This document shows, in pieces, positions 11,195 to 22,299 of a DNA stretch of 64,000 nucleotides. The stretch lies in IMG/VR virus record IMGVR_UViG_3300031673_013668. One strand, 5' to 3'. Each line of letters opens with the position of its first letter. Within the stretch, counting starts at the first letter, position 1. Source of the DNA: an uncultured virus (IMG/VR IMGVR_UViG_3300031673_013668) (lineage: Duplodnaviria; Heunggongvirae; Uroviricota; Caudoviricetes). The translations under genes were made by a program, and so were the position numbers. The notes below the pieces were generated by a model that worked only from the letters and a program-made list of their open reading frames with translations, was not told the DNA's origin and searched no databases.

Positions 11195-12803
11195 ATGAAA
11201 TGACATTAACACAGAGAAAAAAGAGAGAAAGGAGGCGCTTTAGGGCATGGAGATCACATCATAATATAAAGAGATGTTTACTCTGTAAAAAACCTTTATA
11301 TAATTATACACATCATTTTCTCTGCAATAAATGTCATAATCATATGAAAAAAGGAGTCGTATAAAACCAAATGAATGCAAATAATATACTTTCAAAAACG
11401 GAGGGTTCGGAATGAGCGAAGCTTTTAAATTCTTTCAAAGAACATGCCCAGAATGTGGGGCTGAAATGGAGATAATGGGAGATATTCGGTATGAAGACAA
11501 TTATTGGGAATGCCCTAAATGTGATCATAAAAAAGATATAGTAATAAGAGGATAAAAGAGAGGTATAATCTAAGATGAAGCTCAAATATATTTTTACAGA
11601 ACGGATTTATGATTCTTATATAGATCTCCTTCATTATGAATTTAACAGTCTTACTGATGAGATCTCTGAAAGCCTTCCCATCTCAATTGTATTAATCAAT
11701 GATATTTTAGTAAGAACATGGATCGCAAATACCTATTTCTTTACACATACAGAAACTATTTACAAAGACCTTTATCTCGCATTCGCAAAAGAGAGCCATA
11801 TTATAGATAAACAAGTCATCGGAATAGGATGTAATGATTTTTTTAAATTTTATTTCATAGGAATGAAAGAATATAAAACACTCTTAAAAAAAGAAGTAGA
11901 TTTTGAATTATTTTATTGGATTATGCGTCTTGATTCTGAAACTACCTATTCAGAGAATTATACAGATATCCTTTTATCAACTTCAGATATGTTAAAGAAA
12001 GTTTCATTATCAGATCAGAATATAGGACCAACTACTATATTAAAGAGAAAAGGGAAAGGATATATCCTTAAAGACCTCGATCTTGACACTCTTATTACAG
12101 AGTTAAGAACTCAAAAAAGCCATCCAAAAACACATACATGAGGCTAGAATAGAATGAACTTTAGACTATTTTATAGAAACCCCATATCGGGAAAGCTCAA
12201 TTTCCTTTATACAACATGTGTCCAATGTGGGAAAAGAATTTCTCTAAATAGAAAGAACATAGGGCAAAACCGATTTGGAGATAAATTTTATTATTGTAAT
12301 AATAAAAAAAGGCATATCTAAAAACAAAAGAGTAGAATCAAGGTGTGAAAAATGTTAGAAGAGTTAAAAAAGGGATTAGATAACGAAAATGAAGTCGATA
12401 AGGAAATTAAGAAAATAATAGAAAACTTCGAAAAGATGCCTGAACTCACTTTTGTTCTTGTTTTGAAAGAATGGTCAAGTGCATTATCCTTCCTCCAAGA
12501 AAGAGGGTTAATGAAAATATTTAGAGAGTTTGAAAGTGGTATGGAGTCAGAAAATCAAAACAAGGAGATCTTTCGATCATTTAAATTAGGGAGGGGCTTC
12601 AAGGTTGAGATCTCCCCTGCTGAGAAAGCAAAGATAACATGCGAAGTGTGTCATAAAAAGCTTGATTTTGGTGATGCTATTTATTTAGAGGGTATTGGGG
12701 AGTTAAATAAAGAAAAGAAAAAGATATTTATTTATACTGATGATGCTATTCTTTCCCATTTAAAATGTTCGTGTGAGATTATTGAGGAGGATGATACAGT
12801 AGA

Positions 12804-13391
12804 ATGAATTTAATAGAAATCTACAAATACATCAAACAGTTAGTAATAGAGAAGGGCTTTCAGAGTCAAATAGATTGGGTTCAATCAATCCCTCCAATAG
12901 AAGAAATGTCGAAATGGTATTTCTTTAGAGAATACGTCTGGGTTGTTTTAAATACAGGGATGAAAACAGAAGTAATACAAAAAACATTTGATACGTTCTG
13001 GAATAATGGAGAATTCAATTTTAATATTATAGGGCATTTAAAAAAAAAAGAATCTATAAAAAAAACCTATAATAGATTAGATTTCTATTTTAATCATTTT
13101 AAAAACTCTAAAAATAAACTAAAATATCTAGAGACGCTTCCTTTTATAGGGCCGATTACAAAAAATCATCTTGCGAGAAATCTAGGTTCCCTAGAGTATG
13201 CGAAATCAGATAGGCATTTAGTAAGAATCGCTTCATTTTTTAACTATCCTAATGTTCAATCATTTTGCGATATAATCTCAGAAGGATCTAAAGATAAATC
13301 TGGAGTAGTTGATCTTATTTTCTGGGGGTTCGCAAAACTTCATAGTAATTATATAGACTTATTACAAACTTTAATAGAAAAAGAGGTTTGA
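12804..13391 (+). CDS. Helix-hairpin-helix DNA glycosylase-like protein
   Basis: LETLPFIGPITKNHLARNLG and KSDRHL motifs. Confidence 0.65.
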   Translation: MNLIEIYKYIKQLVIEKGFQSQIDWVQSIPPIEEMSKWYFFREYVWVVLNTGMKTEVIQKTFDTFWNNGEFNFNIIGHLKKKESIKKTYNRLDFYFNHFKNSKNKLKYLETLPFIGPITKNHLARNLGSLEYAKSDRHLVRIASFFNYPNVQSFCDIISEGSKDKSGVVDLIFWGFAKLHSNYIDLLQTLIEKEV

Positions 13392-14326
13392 AACCAAAAT
13401 GAGTTATATTCTTTATATAGAAAAAATAAACAAAACTCTTGAATCTCTCCAAAAGCGATTAAGCGATGTTCAAGAAGATTTATATCATGAACTCTCTGAC
13501 ATAGAAGAACATCAGTATGAAGCTTGCAAACTAGAGGAACAAGAGAAAAGATTACTTGAGGAAATAAAAGAGCTCGAAGAAGAGCTCAAAAAGGAAGAAC
13601 AAAAAGTAAGATGTCCTGAATGTTTTCGAGAATTCACATTAGACGAAATTAATGATCTTTTACAAGAAGATGAATATGGGCAATATTGGAAATGCCCGAA
13701 TAAAATCTGTAGTTTTAAAGGCTATCATGAAAAAGGTAATTTCTTCTTTGAGTTTAAAGAATTAATAAAAAGAAAACAAGCAAAAGAGCGAGAATTTCTT
13801 GAGAAAAACTTTAAAAAAATAAATTTATGGGTGTGATACAAAAATGGCTTATTTAAGAAAGAAAAGAAGACATCCTGCAATAATGGAATCATCTCTTCTA
13901 TTCTCTAAAGCGATAAATGAGGGTAATTACAAAAAAGCAGCAATAATAGTATTCTTGACTGCTCTACAAGTAGGAGGAACTGAGGGAATTATGGATGCTT
14001 TAGATAATGCAAATTCATTTTATTTAAGAAAAGATAAAAGAAGAGGGTTATGAAATGCCTAGATGTATCTATTGTGGACACGGAGACGGAGTAGAGTATA
14101 GAAAGGGCTTCCATTATATTTGTACGGTCTGTACAAATGAATTATCCGAATTTGCCGATTTAGGAAAAGACTTTTTTAAAGAATTTATAGTAAAAGGATC
14201 AATCTCAAAAGAATTCATTGAATCAAAAGTTCAAAACTTAATTAATTGGCAAAGAAAGTGGACTGTAGTTAATGATGTTGTCGAAAAGATAGAAAAAGCA
14301 AAATATCATGATTAAAGAGTTTAAAA

Positions 14327-15691
14327 ATGGATTTTAAAGAATTGGTTATAATAAAATCTCTAAAAATAGAGAAAGAAAGCATAATCTTAAATGATAATGC
14401 GATAGGGGCTTGGTGCCAGAGGTCATATATAGGTCATAAAAAGGGCTGTCCTAATTATAATAAAAATCTTTTATGCCCCCCCAATTCAATTTATTTTAGA
14501 GATATTATTGATAACTATAACCATTTCTATATTTTATATGCCGATTTCGATTTTGAGAACTATATTATACTAAGAAAAAAAGAAGCAGAAGAATCAGAGA
14601 TACAAGACTATTGGACTGAAAGAAGGCTCAGAAGCGTATTATATTGGCAAGAGTCAGTTAAGAAAATATTAAAAGAAAGAGTAGCATTCATTTATAAAAT
14701 CAATCCTGAGAAAGAAATATTCTTACTAAGTTGCGGGTCGGGATTCAATGATCAAGAAATAGTAAAATATCAAGATAAGATCTATTCATTAGAGAGTGTC
14801 GGGATTAATGTATTTTCAACATTAAAATTAAACAATATAAAACTTGAAATAAATCCTGAAAAAAGAATAAGATTAGTATGTTTATTTGCTTCAGTCAAGA
14901 AATTGAATGGTTTAAATCTCCAAAAAAATTGTAAAATATGTTCTTCATATTTTTCATCATATCCTCTTTCATTGAATCTTTTCTGTGAAAAAACAAAATG
15001 TTATGATTATTATGCGTCACATCATGGTTCTTATGCCTATGAAAATATATCAAAAGTAGAACATCATTATATTACCCAAATGAAGTTAAATCGATCAATT
15101 CCAACAAATACTTTTGATCTTTATGATTTAGATCGACCAATAATAATAGATGGCGAGGTTAGAGGTTATGAGCGAGTATGTCGAGTTTGTGGTAGCCCTT
15201 TACTAGATAAAAAAGGCATATATAATTACCATTTAAGATATTGTAAAAGCCATAGAGGATATGGTACTATAATTTATGATAAATATAATTGGTCCTTCTG
15301 TGCGAAGTCATATCTTAGAAAAATCCAAGAGAAGTTTTATGGAGAAATCTCTACAAAAATAAAAGAAATAGGGATCTTAGAGAAACATAAGCCTCTTACT
15401 ATTTTATGTGAAGAATGTAAGAAATTATGTAAAGCAGTGAATTATTATATCTCTTTTAACACATTTGCTTTAAGTGAATCTAAGCAACTATTAATTAAAT
15501 TAGACTTAATTAATGTTCATCATATTGTACCTGTTCATATATTAACTAAAGAGAATATACATCTTATCTGGGAAGAAAGTAATTTAATTTGCTTATGCCC
15601 TGAATGTCATTGGGCAAAACATAGATCTGAACCAGAAATCGTCTATAAAGTAGATCCAATTAAATACAAAACATTAGATCAATTTATTTGA
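14327..15691 (+). CDS. Fusion of a Cys-rich metal-binding (DUF2284-like) domain and a C-terminal HNH domain
   Basis: C..Y.....GCPNY....CPP, SLESVGINVFST; C-terminal VHHIVP...NLICLCPECH..KH. Confidence 0.6.
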   Translation: MDFKELVIIKSLKIEKESIILNDNAIGAWCQRSYIGHKKGCPNYNKNLLCPPNSIYFRDIIDNYNHFYILYADFDFENYIILRKKEAEESEIQDYWTERRLRSVLYWQESVKKILKERVAFIYKINPEKEIFLLSCGSGFNDQEIVKYQDKIYSLESVGINVFSTLKLNNIKLEINPEKRIRLVCLFASVKKLNGLNLQKNCKICSSYFSSYPLSLNLFCEKTKCYDYYASHHGSYAYENISKVEHHYITQMKLNRSIPTNTFDLYDLDRPIIIDGEVRGYERVCRVCGSPLLDKKGIYNYHLRYCKSHRGYGTIIYDKYNWSFCAKSYLRKIQEKFYGEISTKIKEIGILEKHKPLTILCEECKKLCKAVNYYISFNTFALSESKQLLIKLDLINVHHIVPVHILTKENIHLIWEESNLICLCPECHWAKHRSEPEIVYKVDPIKYKTLDQFI

Positions 15692-15701
15692 GGGGATATA
15701 A

Positions 15702-15977
15702 ATAACAGGAATCAAATGTTTTGATTGTGAGGAATCAAAGGATAAGGCATTTATGTTTAAATTATATTACACTAACTTCTTTAAATCTGAATTCGGGAAG
15801 CTTAAATGGAGAAAAGCAATAGAGGGGAGGATCATTTGCCAAGATTGTTTATATAATTACCTAGAATTTGGAGCTAAAGCAGGTTGGCATCCCTTATATA
15901 TTAAAAAAATAAAGAGAATTGGAAAATATACTAAAAAATCAGTAATAAAAGATTATTATGGTGAGGAAAGTGAATAA
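15702..15977 (+). CDS. Small zinc-finger protein, probable ATA start
   Basis: In-frame extension of ORF 15753 to ATA 15702 (after GAGGGG SD) supplies the first CFDC pairing with CQDC. Confidence 0.55.
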   Translation: MTGIKCFDCEESKDKAFMFKLYYTNFFKSEFGKLKWRKAIEGRIICQDCLYNYLEFGAKAGWHPLYIKKIKRIGKYTKKSVIKDYYGEESE

Positions 15978-16428
15978 TATCAACGGTAATAACATAATTG
16001 ACTTTTATAGAGCCGTAGGCGAATACGGTTTTCTTTCATGTCTTTATAAAAAGCCTTTTTATTTTGAAGGGAGATTGTTTGAATCCGGAGAACATGCATA
16101 TCAATATGGGAAGCCAAGAGACCAGAGAGTAAGGGATTGGATGATGAATGCTCCGAAGCCTCACTTGGTTTCAATTATAGCACATGGTCTATTTAAGTGG
16201 GATATTGTAGAAAATTGGAGTGAAATAAGATTTGATAGAATGTATAATGTTTTAAAAGCAAAATTTCAGGATGAAGAACTAAAACAAAAATTACTTGAGA
16301 CAGGAGACGCTATTTTAAGAGAAGTTTCAAAAACAGATTCGGTATGGGGTATTGGAAAGAAGGGGAATGGTAAGAATATGTTAGGACAATTATTAATGAA
16401 AGTAAGAAAAGAATTAAAAGAGGCTTGA
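15958..16428 (+). CDS. NADAR (YbiA-like) family protein
   Basis: FLSCLY, EHAYQ..K, AKFQ..LK.KLLETGD, D.VWG.G..G.GKNMLG.LLMKVR; start probably GTG 15970. Confidence 0.9.
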   Translation: MVRKVNNINGNNIIDFYRAVGEYGFLSCLYKKPFYFEGRLFESGEHAYQYGKPRDQRVRDWMMNAPKPHLVSIIAHGLFKWDIVENWSEIRFDRMYNVLKAKFQDEELKQKLLETGDAILREVSKTDSVWGIGKKGNGKNMLGQLLMKVRKELKEA

Positions 16429-16717
16429 AAAGCGAATGAACGTCAAGGGCAAGATTAAGGGAATATATTATAAAGAATTCTTATATGCCCTTAATGAATT
16501 AATTGACGCTCATTATCATACTGTCACTGTAAAAAAAATTAGACAAATCATGAATATTCACAATTCTAATAAATCTAAAATAAATTTCATTTGGAGATTT
16601 TTAGACTTTCTAAGAGAACAAAATCTCCTTATAATCATGGAAAAAAAGCCAAGGCAATATCTTTTACCAAAAGAAAGAATTGAATTTGATCAAATAAACG
16701 AATAGAGGAGACATAAA

Positions 16718-17548
16718 ATAGCAACACATAAACAATGGGATATAAAAAAGATCGAGAATAAGCTTCTATTAGCTGATTTTCTAGAGATCTCTTCTTATCT
16801 TCCTGATTGTATTTTCTCATTAAGTATTTTTGATCCTCCTTTTGGTGTTAATATACAAAATAACCAATATTTTGATGATTCTAAAAGGTATGTCTTTTCA
16901 AATATACGATTATGGCTTTCTGAAATATATCGAACTTCAAAATATAACGCTCATTGTTTTATTTATGTTCCTTCTTTAGAAATTGATAAATGGATTTATT
17001 ACGTAAAGAAATATTTTATTCTAAACAATATCTTAGGCGCAAGAAATTATACTACTCATAAATATATCCATAATAATTTCGATTTTAGTTTACAACTCAT
17101 TCTTTTTTGCTCAAAAGGAAACGCACAGGAGTTAAATCATATTAAATGGATTGAGACCTCCAAAAGCTGGTATAATGATAAGCGAAATAAGAATCCTGTG
17201 TTTTATACTAGGCAATATCCTTCTTACATTCCAGAGAACTTTAGAGCAAATGTAAAACCCAATGCTCAAATAAAATTAATGCATCCTTGTCAAAAGAATG
17301 AAGAGCTTATTGAGAAATTCATTCTTCTCTCAAGTCAAGAAGGAGATCTCGTATTCGATCCCTTTTGTGGCTCTGGAACAACCTTAGCAGTTGCTAAGAG
17401 ACTAAAACGCAAATATTTTGGATGTGAACAAAAAAAGAAATGGTTTAAAATTGCTCAAAAAAGAATAGATTCTGTAAATGTATTTAAAAATATTTCCGAT
17501 TTTGCTAATTCTAATGATAAATATAATATCCTAAAGGGTAAGGTGTAA
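16718..17548 (+). CDS. N6-adenine/N4-cytosine DNA methyltransferase, beta class, probable ATA start
   Basis: Frame open from 16706; DPPF at 16832, HPCQK, DPFCGSGT; N-terminus ATHKQWDIKKIENKL matches paralogs at 20355 and 21343. Confidence 0.85.
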   Translation: MATHKQWDIKKIENKLLLADFLEISSYLPDCIFSLSIFDPPFGVNIQNNQYFDDSKRYVFSNIRLWLSEIYRTSKYNAHCFIYVPSLEIDKWIYYVKKYFILNNILGARNYTTHKYIHNNFDFSLQLILFCSKGNAQELNHIKWIETSKSWYNDKRNKNPVFYTRQYPSYIPENFRANVKPNAQIKLMHPCQKNEELIEKFILLSSQEGDLVFDPFCGSGTTLAVAKRLKRKYFGCEQKKKWFKIAQKRIDSVNVFKNISDFANSNDKYNILKGKV

Positions 17549-17554
17549 AAGAAA

Positions 17555-18238
17555 ATGGCTAAGCGATCAAAACATGCGATTATAATAGATTTTGATAATA
17601 CATTATATTACAATCCAAGTCATGATTTTTCTAGCAACATTAAAGAAGAAAATATTCTTTCTGAAGAATATTTCTTTAAACGTTTATGCACAAAATTCCC
17701 CGAAATACAATATAACCACGATTATATTTTTAAAAGATTATATTATCTAAAATACTGTGAAATGTTTCATTGTTATTACGATAAAATCACATCTCATATT
17801 TTAAATACAGGCAGACATATTTCACAGCAAGAAAAAATAATAACCGCATTAGAAAGAAAAGGATATACTTTTGATAATGTCTTTTTCTCCACTACAGATA
17901 AAGAATTATTCCCAGAATTTAATCAAAATGTCAATCAATATGATTTCCTTACATCTCATTATATAGCAAAGCTTTCAAATATCAATCAGATTAGAAAAGG
18001 ATATAAAAGCATTTTCCTAATCGATGATGACCCTTTTATCTGTCATTTTGCTAAATTAATAAGAATAAATGCCATTAAACCGATTTTAGAACAATCAATA
18101 TTGCCAAATTATCTAGGGATTCATTCCTTCTATGAAGATATTAATGGTATCTCTCTAACCTTTGAGAAAATTTATTTAAATGGATTTAAAAAAGGTGTTA
18201 AAAATAGCAAAAATAACGAAGAAAGACCCTCTTTTTGA
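17555..18238 (+). CDS. HAD-superfamily hydrolase
   Basis: IIIDFDNTL, NTGR, LIDDD motifs. Confidence 0.75.
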   Translation: MAKRSKHAIIIDFDNTLYYNPSHDFSSNIKEENILSEEYFFKRLCTKFPEIQYNHDYIFKRLYYLKYCEMFHCYYDKITSHILNTGRHISQQEKIITALERKGYTFDNVFFSTTDKELFPEFNQNVNQYDFLTSHYIAKLSNINQIRKGYKSIFLIDDDPFICHFAKLIRINAIKPILEQSILPNYLGIHSFYEDINGISLTFEKIYLNGFKKGVKNSKNNEERPSF

Positions 18239-18494
18239 AGCAGAAGTTGAGTGTATTATGAGATCTATTAAGAGATTAGATTGGAATGATTTTATTCATC
18301 ATCTTCTTGAAAAAAGAGATCGATGTCGTGAAATACGAAATACTCAAAATGCAATAATCCTTTCTATGGAGAATGAAGGGATTACCCCTCCAAGATTAGT
18401 AATTGAAACTAAAGAATTGTTTAATGGGTATTATAATGCTTATCGAGATTTAATTGAAGAAATTAGAAATGAAACTTTTAGTGGTAATTAAAAT

Positions 18495-20102
18495 ATGGAA
18501 GAAGCAAAAGAGATAAAACTGACAATAGAGGAATGTTTTCCATTTCCAAGATTTAGGGATTATCAACAGAGTATATTAAACGAAGTAAAAGAATCCTTTG
18601 AAAGTGGTAATGAAGTGATAATTATAGAAGGTCCAACTGGATTTGGAAAGTCTCCAGTAAATATCGCATTAGGAAAATACTTCAAACCAACTTTTTATAC
18701 AACACCACAAGTAAAATTAGTAAATCAAATAGCAAGGGATTTTGGACCAAAAGAGTTAGTTATAGATGGTGGAGAAGGAAAAATCATACCATTATTAGGC
18801 AGAAAAAATTACATTTGCCGGGCATCAAGAAAACCCTCTGATCAATGTCCTATTTACGAGGGAACTGAACGAGGCTGTGGTGATGAATTTAATTGCGTTT
18901 ATTGGCGACAAAGACAAAAAGCCATGTCATCCGATATTGCGATAATAACATTTGCGATGTTAATCGTGAATAGTTATCTTTCAATAGGTTCCAGATTTTC
19001 AGCAAGAGACCTTATGATAATTGATGAGTGCCACTCTTTAGAATCTCAAGTTGCTTCTATGTTCGCCGGAATTACAATATCTCCTTTTGTTGTTCCAATA
19101 TCTTTAAGAGAAACATTATGGAATGATACAATGAAAATCATGCCAAAAGGCAGAGTTTTTGAAGCGTATATTCCCTTTTTTAAAGAATTTCAATTCTTAA
19201 TTCAACGAGATATTCCTTTATGCAAACATCAGGGGGAACGTGATAAATTATTAAATCTACAAAGAAAAATCGATTATATGCTTTCTGAAATAGAGGAAGG
19301 AAGAAAATGGGTCGTCAATATTATTGATAAAAAAGAATATAAACTCAAGGGAAAATCAAGGCAATTTAAACCAATCTTCATAGATACATTTTTACAGAGA
19401 AAAGTATGGTTTCAAGCAAGAAAGATCGTTTTAAGCAGTGCAACAATTCCTTTTAGAGATAATATAAAGAGATGGCTTACTATTTTAGGCTTAGGTAATA
19501 GAAAGTATTCCTTTCATTCAGTTCCTATGACTTTTCCTTTATCGAATAGACCTATTATTACATCATGTATGGGAGGCAAAATGACTCATCAGAATGAAGT
19601 AAATAACTGGGATGAAAATATAAAGATTATAAAAGAAATTATTAAAAAACATAAAAATGAAAGAGGGGTCATTCATACTCAAAGTTATATCCGGGCTAAT
19701 CAGATCGCAAACGACCTAAAAGGCTATAGCATTTTTCTACATAATAAAGAAGAGATCGATAATGATATTATTGATGAATGGATTGAATCAAAAAAGAAAA
19801 TTCTCATTTCTCCTTCAATAAAAGAAGGTGTGGATCTAAAGGATGATTTATGCAGATTTCAAATCTTACTAAAAATCCCTTATCCTTCAATTGGAGATGC
19901 AAGAGTAAAATATCTTCTCATGGAAAAGAAACAATGGACGTGGTATTTTAATGAAACTGCTAAAGATATCGTTCAAATGTATGGGAGAGCTATAAGAAGC
20001 GAAACCGATTATGCAAAATTCTATATTGTTGATGGCAGTTTTCAAGATGTGTATAAAAAAGCTTCTTTCCCTAATTGGTTTAATGAAGCGATAATAGATT
20101 AA
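18495..20102 (+). CDS. DinG/XPD-family SF2 helicase
   Basis: Q-motif FRDYQ, GPTGFGKS, Fe-S cysteines, DECH, SAT, EGVD, QMYGRAIRSETD. Confidence 0.92.
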   Translation: MEEAKEIKLTIEECFPFPRFRDYQQSILNEVKESFESGNEVIIIEGPTGFGKSPVNIALGKYFKPTFYTTPQVKLVNQIARDFGPKELVIDGGEGKIIPLLGRKNYICRASRKPSDQCPIYEGTERGCGDEFNCVYWRQRQKAMSSDIAIITFAMLIVNSYLSIGSRFSARDLMIIDECHSLESQVASMFAGITISPFVVPISLRETLWNDTMKIMPKGRVFEAYIPFFKEFQFLIQRDIPLCKHQGERDKLLNLQRKIDYMLSEIEEGRKWVVNIIDKKEYKLKGKSRQFKPIFIDTFLQRKVWFQARKIVLSSATIPFRDNIKRWLTILGLGNRKYSFHSVPMTFPLSNRPIITSCMGGKMTHQNEVNNWDENIKIIKEIIKKHKNERGVIHTQSYIRANQIANDLKGYSIFLHNKEEIDNDIIDEWIESKKKILISPSIKEGVDLKDDLCRFQILLKIPYPSIGDARVKYLLMEKKQWTWYFNETAKDIVQMYGRAIRSETDYAKFYIVDGSFQDVYKKASFPNWFNEAIID

Positions 20103-20354
20103 TAAAAGTGATGTAAAATGATTAAAGTTGGAAAATCGAAACATGGTTCTGGCAATCTCTATAATGATATTTATAGCAGATATGGATATAGATGTTTTCA
20201 TTGTATTCACAGTTCTAACATTGTTAAAAATGTTGTTTTTTGTATGATTCATTATACTGATGATTTTAAGATTCCTCAAAGTTGTATTTTAGGAAGAAAG
20301 ATATTTAGAGAATTACGAAAAAAGGAGTAAATCTAAATAAATAAGGCGCAGAAA

Positions 20355-21356
20355 ATGGCAGAAAGTAAAGTAAGGCAATGGACACGAAAGGAAATAGAAA
20401 ATAGGTTAGTGTTAGGAGATTGTTTTAAAATCTCTCAGAAAATACCAAATAAAACTTTTGATTTACTTTTTTTGGATTGGCCTTATGATATAGGCAAAGC
20501 AGAGTGGGATAACATTTTAAATTATCTTGAATGGTGCGGTAATGTTCTTAAAGAACATGAAAGAATGCTAAAAGACAACGGTTCCTTATATGTATGTCAT
20601 AATGAATTCAGAAAATTAAGGGATATTGATTCCTGGATTGAAAAAAATACAAAATTTGATTTTAAGCAATTTATAATTTGGAATAAACGATTTAAAGGTT
20701 CTCAGAAGTATGGATATCTCAATGGTTTTCTCGAAACAGAGAAACTTCATAATTATCAAAAAATGTGTGAATATATTTTATATTACACTTTCAATAATTT
20801 TCATAAAATAAAAGAAAGAAGGGAAGAACTTAACTTTTCTCAGAAAGTAATCTCAGAAGAAGTGAAAAGCAAAACTGATGGGTTAACAGGATGGCTCTCT
20901 AATATCGAAAAGGGTAAAAACTATCCTAATGAAAAACATATTCAAGCTATAAAAAAGCATCTTGGTATTGACTTCACAGAGTTTCTTCCTACATTTAATA
21001 ATTTAAAGAAAAGTCATTCTGTATGGGATATTGATGTATGGGATTATGATATTGCAAATAGAGTAGAACATCTTACTCCAAAACCTCTTGCTCTTCTTGA
21101 AAATATTATACTTCATTCATCTAATGAAGGTGATTTAGTGGGAGACTTTTTTTGCGGCTCTGGTACTACCTTAGTAGCATGTAAAAAATTAAAAAGAAAA
21201 TGGTTTGGATGTGAAATTAATACCGCATATCATAAACTATCCAAAAACAGATTAAAAAATACAGCTCTCTTCAGAGAGATCACATCATACACTAAAAATC
21301 ACTTATTATATACATTACAACCATTCATGGAGGGGATAGAAGATGGCAGAAAATAA
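20355..21356 (+). CDS. Beta-class amino-MTase with internal XRE HTH
   Basis: DWPY motif IV, KIKERREELNFSQ..ISE...WLSNIEKGKNYP, HLTPKP, DFFCGSGT. Confidence 0.9.
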   Translation: MAESKVRQWTRKEIENRLVLGDCFKISQKIPNKTFDLLFLDWPYDIGKAEWDNILNYLEWCGNVLKEHERMLKDNGSLYVCHNEFRKLRDIDSWIEKNTKFDFKQFIIWNKRFKGSQKYGYLNGFLETEKLHNYQKMCEYILYYTFNNFHKIKERREELNFSQKVISEEVKSKTDGLTGWLSNIEKGKNYPNEKHIQAIKKHLGIDFTEFLPTFNNLKKSHSVWDIDVWDYDIANRVEHLTPKPLALLENIILHSSNEGDLVGDFFCGSGTTLVACKKLKRKWFGCEINTAYHKLSKNRLKNTALFREITSYTKNHLLYTLQPFMEGIEDGRK

Positions 21357-22299
21357 AATAAAGCAATGGACACGAAAGGAAATAGAAAATAGATTAATGT
21401 TAGGGGACTGTTTAGATATATTACCCTATATCCCAAACAATAGTTTTGATCTTCTAATCTTCGATTGGCCTTATAATTTAAAGAAAGATTTTCCCAATGA
21501 TAATCTTACTCCAAGAGATTTTAGAGATAAATTAAGGAAATGGGTTCAATTAATGTATCCTAAACTAAATAAGAATGGCAGTTTCTATAATTTTATGGGG
21601 TATGATTATTATGATTATTTAAAGTTATTATTATCAAAATATCTGATTTTCAAGCGAGATCTTATTTGGCATTATATAGATGGTGGAGATAAATTAGATG
21701 TAAAAAATTATATAGCAGAATTCGATAAAGTATTATATTTTGTAAACTCTGAGAACTATACTTTTAATAAAACTAGAAGAGAACCCTCAAAATATTCTCT
21801 CGAGAGATGGAAAAATCATTGTGACGAACATGGAATAATTAAATGGGAAAAACTAAGTAAAGATCAAAAAAGAAGATGGCACTCAAAAACCGACTATTTA
21901 AAAAAAGGTGGTTTTAATTTATTTAAAGGTAAATCTCAAGGAAATGTATTTATTATCCCTCGAGTCAATAATCTTTCAAAAGAGAGAATAAGAAATAAAA
22001 CAGGGAAAAAGATCCCTACAACACAGAAGCCAGAAGCACTTATAAAGATTTTTATTGAGACCTCATCTAATAAAGGGGATTTAATTGGGGATTTCTTTAT
22101 GGGCTCTGGTACAACATGTGCCGTAGCGAAGAAACTAGGGAGGAAATATTTTGGCTGCGAAATTAGACCTGAATTATTTGAAATGGCAAAAAATAGAATA
22201 AATTCTATAAATATATTTGAGAATATTACTAATTATACCAACAACTCTAAAGATAAAAATCTAACCAATTATCTAGGTGATATCAATAGCAGATACTAA
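21343..22299 (+). CDS. Beta-class amino-MTase
   Basis: DWPY, PTTQKPEAL, DFFMGSGT. Confidence 0.92.
   Translation: MAENKIKQWTRKEIENRLMLGDCLDILPYIPNNSFDLLIFDWPYNLKKDFPNDNLTPRDFRDKLRKWVQLMYPKLNKNGSFYNFMGYDYYDYLKLLLSKYLIFKRDLIWHYIDGGDKLDVKNYIAEFDKVLYFVNSENYTFNKTRREPSKYSLERWKNHCDEHGIIKWEKLSKDQKRRWHSKTDYLKKGGFNLFKGKSQGNVFIIPRVNNLSKERIRNKTGKKIPTTQKPEALIKIFIETSSNKGDLIGDFFMGSGTTCAVAKKLGRKYFGCEIRPELFEMAKNRINSINIFENITNYTNNSKDKNLTNYLGDINSRY

Noticed and set aside
16706..17197. MTase 17198 as a truncated pseudogene
   Set aside because: Upstream frame is open and holds DPPF and the paralog-like N-terminus; an ATA start explains it better
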